Origin: the human T2T-CHM13v2.0 reference genome, Homo sapiens
Length of the DNA: 64,000 nt
Direction: 5' to 3' (one strand)
Assembly (NCBI RefSeq): GCF_009914755.1
Contig: NC_060928.1
Positions 56,373 through 64,000 of this stretch are shown one piece after another (position 1 is the first letter of the stretch; the number at the start of each line of letters is the position of its first letter). Position numbers and translations under genes: made by a program. The notes beneath the pieces were generated by a model, which was given only the letters and a program-made list of their open reading frames with translations, did no database searches and was not told the DNA's origin.

Positions 56373-56910
56373 CCAAAGGAGATTAGCATCTGAGTCAGTG
56401 GGCTGAGAAAGGCAGACCCATCCTTAATCTGAGTAGGCACCATCTAATCAGCTGCCAGCACTGCTAGAATATAAAGCAGGCAGAAAAACATGAAAAGGCT
56501 AGGCTGGGTTAGCTTCCCAGTCTACATCTTTCTCCCATGCTGGGTGCTTTCTGCCCTAGAATGTCAGACTCCAAGTTCCTCAGCTTTGGGACTCGGACTG
56601 GCTTCCATGCTCCTTAGCTTGCAGAGGGCCTATTGTGGGACCTTGTAATCGTGTGAGTTAATACTGCTGTATAAACTCCCATATATATATACATATATGT
56701 GTGTGTGTGTGTGTGTGTATGTGTATATATGTGTATATTTATATATATGTGTATATATATATGTTGCATGTTAACTTTCCTTTCTTTAGAAAAGAAAGTT
56801 ATATATATATTATATAATTATAATTATACATATCTCATATATATATATATATATATGAGATATATCTATATCTCTTAGCTCTGTCCCTCTAGAAAACCCC
56901 CACTAATACA
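56291..56910 (+). mobile_element. MLT2A (HERV-L) LTR with expanded internal TA/TG tract; first 82 bp duplicated at 56129-56210
   Basis: tgtgatagttaatactgag.gtcaatttgattggattgaagg... to ctgtccctctagaaaacccccactaataca, followed by gattt. Confidence 0.93.
56681..56872. repeat. Complex (TA)n/(TG)n tract with palindromic inserts
   Basis: Seen directly. Confidence 0.95.
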
Positions 56911-57151
56911 GATTTAACCTTCATGTATACATTCAGGTAACTATTGTTTTCTAACTCTGAATTTTACCTTTTATGTTCTATGATATGCTACCCTTTCTGA
57001 AAAGACAAAGAAAGTGGAAGTGAAAATTGAGAGCATGAGAAGAAACACATTAATGTTCAGACTATGCCCTGGGGAAATTGTGAATAAACGTTAATTTTTA
57101 GTGCCTTTACAGATGGGAGGAAAAGTTGGAGATAATAAAGAAGTCACTTAT

Positions 57152-57511
57152 GATATTAGTCCATTTTCACACTGCTGACAAAGATATACCTGAGACTGGG
57201 TAATTTATGAAGAAAATGATTTTTAATGGACTCACAGTTCCATGTGTCTGGGGAGGCCTCACAATCATGGCATAAGGCAAAATGCATGTCTTTCATGGCA
57301 GCAGAGAATAGAGAACAAGAGCTAAGCAAAAGGGGAACCCCTTATAAAAACATTAGCTTTTGTGAGATTTATTCACTACCACGAGAACAGTATGGGGGAA
57401 ACACCCCATGATTCAATTATCTCCCACCAGGTCCCTCCCACAACTATGTAGGAACTATGGGAGCTACAATTCAAGATGAGATTTGGGTGGGGACACAGCT
57501 AAATCATATCA
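57152..57511 (-). mobile_element. THE1 (B-like) solo LTR
   Basis: tattagtccattttcacactgctg...gagatttgggtggggacacagctaaatcatatca. TSD CTTAT. Confidence 0.93.
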
Positions 57512-57684
57512 CTTATCTCTCTAAATAATTGGCTAATTACAAGATATTAAGTCTAATGAATTTACAAAACTCACCTTAAGAAAGCTATGCAATCCAATAC
57601 AAATAACATTAGCATAGCTCCATATGCTGAACTTGAATGACTCTGCCACTCTGAAAGTCATTTAAGTTTTTTCAGTAAACATTC

Positions 57685-57752
57685 AAGGAAAGGAAAGAGA
57701 AAGGAAGGGATGAGAAGGGAAGAAAAGAGAGAGAGAAAGAGAAGGAGAAAAG
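57685..57752. repeat. GA-rich low-complexity tract
   Basis: Near-pure purine run seen directly. Confidence 0.85.
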
Positions 57753-59037
57753 TCAGAATTGTCTTAGGTAACACAAAGGCAACAAAGTCTTGAGTGTTTA
57801 GGAAAGGGTGAAGGAATAATCAAGTCATTGCTGTTTCTCATACAGAAAATCTAGAAAGAAAAACTTTATATATAAAGCTTATATGTGTGGGTATAGGCTG
57901 AACTACAAATTAAAAAGAATCTAATGTGTATAACTTTCCAAGTGCTCCCAGTGTTTTCTATAATATCATTATCAGTAAAATTATAAATATCCACTGAATA
58001 CAATATCTAATGATAAATTTTCCACTCAATTTATAGACTTGATCAATATACATATTGACACACACATACACATTCATGCACACACAAAGATAAATAGATT
58101 TATTCATCAATCCTTGCAACCGTACATACGATTATAGATACATGCATACGTAGAACATTTTAACTGTGTAATATTACCTAATCTTTAAGAAGATCTCCTG
58201 AGATTTCCCCCCATAAGCACGTTATCTGGAAGCTTATTTAAATTACAGAAACTTCGCAATTATATGTTAACACATTTTTCAGAATTAGCAATATACAGTA
58301 AGTGTATTTTAGTAACTTGTTTTGGAGGCACATTATTCCAATTAAAAATGTTTAAAATAGAAAGTTGTTATTTGTGTGTATTTTAATCTGTCTTGGTCAT
58401 TATGCTATAACTCTAAAACTCTTCTGGTGGTATCCTTCTAGGTATTCCACAAGAAGAGAGTTCAAGTGGAAAGAGAAAAGTCATGTTACATAAGATTGTC
58501 TCTAATCAGTCAACCACTGGAGTCAGATAAAAATAGAAGATGAAAATCTGTCAGATGAAATTTCACTTTGGAAATATTGTTTGTGTTCTTCAAATGTATA
58601 AGATTTGTGTTTCTATCCACAAATTGTGTATACAGCAGCACATTAAAAGAGGTAGTTTCAGCTGATGTTCCCCAAAGTGCATATCGTATGTCCCAATGTT
58701 TCTGCATATCCTATACTTTAATATCTAAATTATATAAAGACCCCATCTGTTGCACAAAAATTTGTCCTTCTGAAGATTTCTGAGAATTCCTAGGAAACGC
58801 TTGCATGTCTCAATTATTTCTGGTCATGTCTTCCTCTGAATTTTTGTTTCAAACTGCCCTTCATTATTTCTGGCCATATCCTTTAGCCCCAGCCATGCCT
58901 TCATGGTTCCTCTCTGCATATTTTGCCTGTGAAAATGAACTCAGCCTTTAACTTTATTTTCTAAGATAGTGAGAACACAAAACTGCTTGAGGATGCATAG
59001 GTAACTTACAACTTAGAAAATAAAGTTATAAATTTAA

Positions 59038-60198
59038 ATTTATAGATTCAATGCTATTTCCCTCAAGCTACAACTGACTTGCTTCACAGAATTGGAAAAA
59101 ACTACTTTAAACTTCATATGGAACCAAAAAAGAGCCGGCACAGCCAAGACAATCTTAGGCAAAAAGAAAAAAGCTGGAGGCATCACGCTACCTGACTTCA
59201 AACTATACTATAAGGCTACAGTAACCAAAACAGCATGGCACTAGTACCAAAACAGATATATTGACGAATGGAACAGAACAGAGGCCTCAGAAATAACAGC
59301 ACACATCTACAACCATCTGATCTTTGACAAACCTGACACAAACAAGCAATGGGGAAAAGATTTCCTATATAATAATTGGTGTTGGGAAAACTGGATAGCC
59401 ATATGCAGAAAACTGAATGCATATCTCCTGAAATGTTCAACATATGTCATCCTCACTTCTCAATCTATCAATTATTTTCAATCTTAAAATAATCTCCATC
59501 AAAAATCCTAGAAGAAAACCTGGGCAGTACCATTCAGGACATAGGCATGGGCAAAGACTTCATGTCTAAAACACCAAAAACAATGTCAACAAAAGCCAAA
59601 ATTGACAAATGGAATCTAATTAAACTAAAGAGCTCTGCACAGCAAAAGAAACTATCATCAGATTGAACAGGCAACCTATAGAATGGGAGAAAATTTTTGC
59701 AATCTATCCATCTGACAAAGGGCTAATATCCAGAATCTACAAAGAACTTAAACAACTGTACAAGAAAAAAACAACCCCATCAAAAAGTGGGCAAAGGATA
59801 TCAACAGACACTTCTCAAAAGAAGACACTTATGCAGCCAACAAATATGTGAAAAAATGCACATCATCACTGGTCATTAGAGAAATACAAATCGAAACCAC
59901 AATGAGATACCATCTCATGCCAGCTAGAATGGCGATCATTAAAAAGTCAGGAAAAAACAGATGCTGGAGAGGATGTGGAGAAATAGGAACACTTTTACAC
60001 TGTTGGAGTGTAAATTAGTTCAACCATTGTGGAAGACAGTGTGGTGATTCCTCAAGGATCTAGAACTAGAAATACTATTTGACCCAGCAATCCCATTACT
60101 GGCTATATACCCAATGGATTATAAATAATTCTACTATAAAGTCAAATGCACTCCTATGTTTACTGTGGCACTATTCACAATAGCAAAGACTTAGAACT
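59038..60198 (+). mobile_element. Internal L1PA ORF2 fragment with no 3' UTR or poly(A), carrying a non-L1 filler at ~59418-59495
   Basis: atttatagattcaatgcta... through tattcacaatagcaaagacttagaac. ORF remnant [30 protein letters not shown]. Confidence 0.95.
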
Positions 60199-60229
60199 AG
60201 CCGACTATTTATCTTGATCTGGCTTTTTC

Positions 60230-60755
60230 ATTTCTAGATATAAATCTATAATTCTAACTGACTTCTACCTGTCTAGGTAGAATAAAATAATTAACCCATC
60301 AACTTCTGGACTCAAAGACCTTCCAAAATCCAGAAATACATGTTTCCCTGCTTTAAATCCTACACAATAAGAGCTAAAGTCTTAGAGATAAAATTGGAGA
60401 TTAAGGCCACCTACAACTTTCAATTTTGTCCCATTGTTTCTTTCTATTCCCTTATTTCAGATCAAGTCAAAATACGTGGTTGATTTGGACACTTTTCTAA
60501 TTTCTTTTTCTGTTAGCCTTGTGCTTGCAACACTGTCCCTGTATACATTACCTCTTTTTTTAAGTTCAGTTAAAATGCTATTTTCTTGACGATGCCATTC
60601 CTAATCACTTCTTTTGTCAAAGAAACTATTTGCACACTCAGATAACATATAATTTCTATCTCTCATCTGCACTTATAACACATGATCTTACATTTTAATT
60701 ATTCATGTGCTTTTCTTATCTCCTGTCATAGGTTGAAAGTGCCCAATGAATTAAG
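60230..60755 (+). mobile_element. L2 fragment
   Basis: catgtttccctgctttaaatcc..., ttttaagttcagttaaaatgctattttc..., tgcacttataacac motifs. Confidence 0.5.
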
Positions 60756-61899
60756 TAATAAAAGTGGTATTTAAAGTGAACTTCAGTGGAAATGAACCTG
60801 CATATGATTGAAGAAAGGCAAGTGAATGAAGTGATGAAAAATAGATGACTTCGTTTGAAATGATTATCATTAAAGGTCTAAAAGCAGTTCTAGAACAAAA
60901 AGAATGGCATGTTAAGATTATTGTGTAGGCGATAATCATGAATAATATGCTAGTATGGTAACACTATCCAGGCTCACATTCCAAAGTTTAATGTTAACAT
61001 GGCAGAAATAACCCTATGCTAAAAACACAAAAGTGAAGATATAGTGGAATATTCATAATGCTGCCTATTATTTGGAAGGCCTTGGAAACTTGAAAAAACA
61101 AATAAATAAATACATAAATAGAAAACACTGTACCTTTCTCACTTACTCCAGCTCTGAGGATCCAGGAGCTGCAAGTTGCACTTGGGTGTCTTAAGTGAAA
61201 GGATCCTCTTTGACATAAGTGATAAGCAATGCAGAAGCTCTCTTCCTTGCTTCTGTACATAGCACATTTACATGCCAGGGCTTTGGCATTAAAGTAAGTT
61301 GGCATTGTACATGCTTGTCTGTTTGGTCTGTTTACATATGTTACATACCACTTTAGCAATCCTGGTGTGACATCATTTCAAAGTCTTGCTCATACTCTCT
61401 TTCTACCCCAAGCCTTACAGAAGCTTATCACTGTATTTCACTAAAACATTATAGTATGGAAAGAAAGAGCTACTCACTCTTTTTCTTCCTAGTCTACTCC
61501 TCTTTCTCACTTTATCATCTATTAAGATGGACATAAACAAGGAGTGCTCTGGAAAGCTAATGAGCACTTCTATTACTGCTGTTACATTATCTCAAAAATT
61601 TTTCTAAAATATTTCCAATTTATTTGAACTCCCTGAAATCACAATTCTTTTTTTACTGATTTGTTTCTCTGTCATGCTTATGAGCCACACTTTTTTGGTG
61701 AAAAGGGGCCAATGCATTCTCACTACAATCCAGAGAGATTAGAAAATGTATTTTCTTTGCAACATCAAAAAGACACAATTTTGGTATGTAAGATCACCTT
61801 AGACTAAACTGTGTTGCTATGGCACAGATGATTTGGAGCAAGGGCTAAAAACAGTTGCCGACTCATTTCTCCTAAGGCCGTTGAAATACTTGTCAACAG

Positions 61900-62085
61900 G
61901 AAATGTGGAGTCTTGATTAGACTAGTGTAATTGTATTCCCATAACATAACTTCTGTGAGCCAAATTTCTCTCATCTGCAAGAAATGAAGCTAAAAATACC
62001 TACCAGGAGGATTTTTTTTGAAGATTAAATGGTGTAGGATATACAAAATACCCAGTCTGTAACAGGAACTCAAAAATGTTTCTCC
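61900..62085 (+). mobile_element. MIR SINE
   Basis: aacttctgtgagccaaatttctctcatctgcaagaaatgaag...atacctacc...ttgaagattaaatg. Confidence 0.75.
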
Positions 62086-63244
62086 ATTTCTTCATATTTG
62101 TCTGAGTACACGTGAATAAAGCCCAATTTAGAAACAACTGAAATTATTTTTAAAAGATAGATACTAATATTTTTTGAAAGAATTTTGTGCTAACTTTCTT
62201 ACAAACATCTGTGAATAAAAATAGCTGGAAAATGCCAAATAAAATTCTTAAATATTCAGATAAGCAAAGATTTGCTATGTAATTTATACTTAGCAAATTC
62301 TAAGGGAGTCACTCTACAAACACTCATCTGCATTATGGATTTTTTATTTTCCATAGAGACAATCATATAATTTCTTTTTACTAGATTCTGAATAGTTCTA
62401 AATAAAAAAGTAGCCCACCCCCATTATTGATCATAATTCACATCCTCATGATTTCTTTTCAAGACATCCTCATTATTGCAGTGAGCAAAACAGTTGCTTA
62501 CAATAAAATTTTAACAAAAGAGAGAGGAATAAAAAGGAACTCCACTTTTCCTATTAAATCACACGACAAAGAAGTTGTTGAAATGGGAAATCAGATGGGT
62601 GTGTTTAGTATTAATAGAGGCAAACCATGTAGATACTACGAGAAAAGTTGTGTGTCTATCTGTGTATTCAAGTGTAAAAAGAAACATGCTGACAACCTGA
62701 TTTAGACAGAAACTCTTACAATTTATCTAAAAAAGAAATTGGTTCTCATTTTTATACATTTTAAATATTGTCTTTTTGAACCAGATATATCCTATTTCAA
62801 GGTAGCAAATAAAATCATTCAGGTTTTTTATTTGTTTGCTTTTGCTACATTGAGACGAGATTTGAATATTTCAAGTTGTTTCATGTTAATCTTTTCATTT
62901 TGTTTATCCTTTTTATTTCTTTTTGTTAAATTTACATGTAATCAAATATGTGTACGTTAGAGACAGCTGGATTTTTCTTGAAGACCCGAAGTTTGACAAG
63001 GGATGGAGAAAGAGTTAGCACAAGGTGGAATTTTTCAATTATAATTATGGAAGCAGGCACTATGTTCATGAATAAGTACAACTGGCTGTAATAGAGAAGT
63101 ATCAGAAATGAATTCTTAATTCCTGTCAATTTTATATAGTCATTAATCTCTCTTTCAAAAAAATCAGCATCTTTGTTAAATAAATCATTTTCTTTTTACC
63201 TAGTAAGCTAATTTTTTAAATTATTAAATAGATGACATTAGTAA

Positions 63245-63468
63245 ACAATGGTTCATTTTAAATTAAGATATCTGTAGTTCAAATCTCAGCTCTGCTTCAT
63301 ATTACTGTCTATTGGGTGCACCTACCCTACTTGATTTGTTTTTCTCTTGGATGGGAATGATACATCTCAAACAATTGGTATAAATATTATATAAGGCACA
63401 ACATAGGAAAATTGCTCAGTGTGGTATCTAACACATTGTAAGAATGTGATAATGCATGGCTATCACTA
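63245..63468 (+). mobile_element. MIR SINE
   Basis: gttcaaatctcagctctgcttc...ttactgtctattggg..., ctcagtgtggtatctaacacattgtaag. Confidence 0.65.
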
Positions 63469-64000
63469 TAGGCCAGATTGGTTACTGAAACTAAATATTG
63501 TATTTAGTAGACACTTAATGCCTTAGTTATTCATGATGGCTTACTTACAGCATTATATTTTCCATTTAATCTACAATACAATGGCAGCAAGGTTAGCTGA
63601 ATTTCCCATCCTGGAATCTGCTCCCATACTCATTTTACCCTCCTGTTGGGAGGAAAAAATTATCTGCCATAAAAGCCATCATATACCTTTGTCTAATTGG
63701 CAATGGGATGACAGGTTTATGGACTGCAGGATGATGGAACAGGGAATATTCACATATAATTTACTTTCCATATGTGTATTAGTTAAACAAATATGTATGT
63801 CAGATAATGCTGGATTCTGGAGTTACAGCAATGTACAAGAGGAAGAAAGGACCTGCTTTAGTAGAATTTATATTCAAGTGGCTAAAACACTATTGATCAA
63901 TTATATTATTGTTTGCACTTTTTCATTTTTCTCTTTTAAAAGAAGATTATACATCTCCATTATTTCCATGTGACTTGCCCATGTATCCCATGGGAGACAC

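Noticed and set aside
60994-63973. 121-aa (60994-61359) and 146-aa (63533-63973) ORFs
   Set aside because: No recognisable domain, composition typical of random AT-rich frames, and no promoter or exon support.

Overview
AT-rich, CpG-depleted primate (most likely human) genomic DNA, apparently intergenic or deep intronic. There is no CpG island, recognisable protein-coding exon or intact RNA gene. Much of the window is interspersed repeat. It holds six Alus (J, S and Y types), primate L1PA/L1PB copies and older L1M, L2 and MIR fragments. It also holds many MaLR/ERVL/ERV1 solo LTRs, a decayed ERVL provirus with readable RT, integrase and dUTPase remnants, and hAT/Tigger DNA transposons. The ORF-track entries are TE-derived or chance ORFs. 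I found no evidence of a new gene-encoded system. The most unusual signal is a set of DNA-repair or replication scars. Two TA-rich tracts contain copies (25 bp and 199 bp) of sequence lying about 1 kb away, with iterated junction motifs, and a third contains a palindromic filler. Other notable items are a very young 158-bp tandem duplication, a tailless 5S rRNA retrocopy, a twin-primed L1, and a tail-less L1 fragment with a foreign filler. Repeat subfamily names come from recalled consensus motifs and need RepeatMasker/Dfam confirmation. Boundaries of old repeats are approximate.
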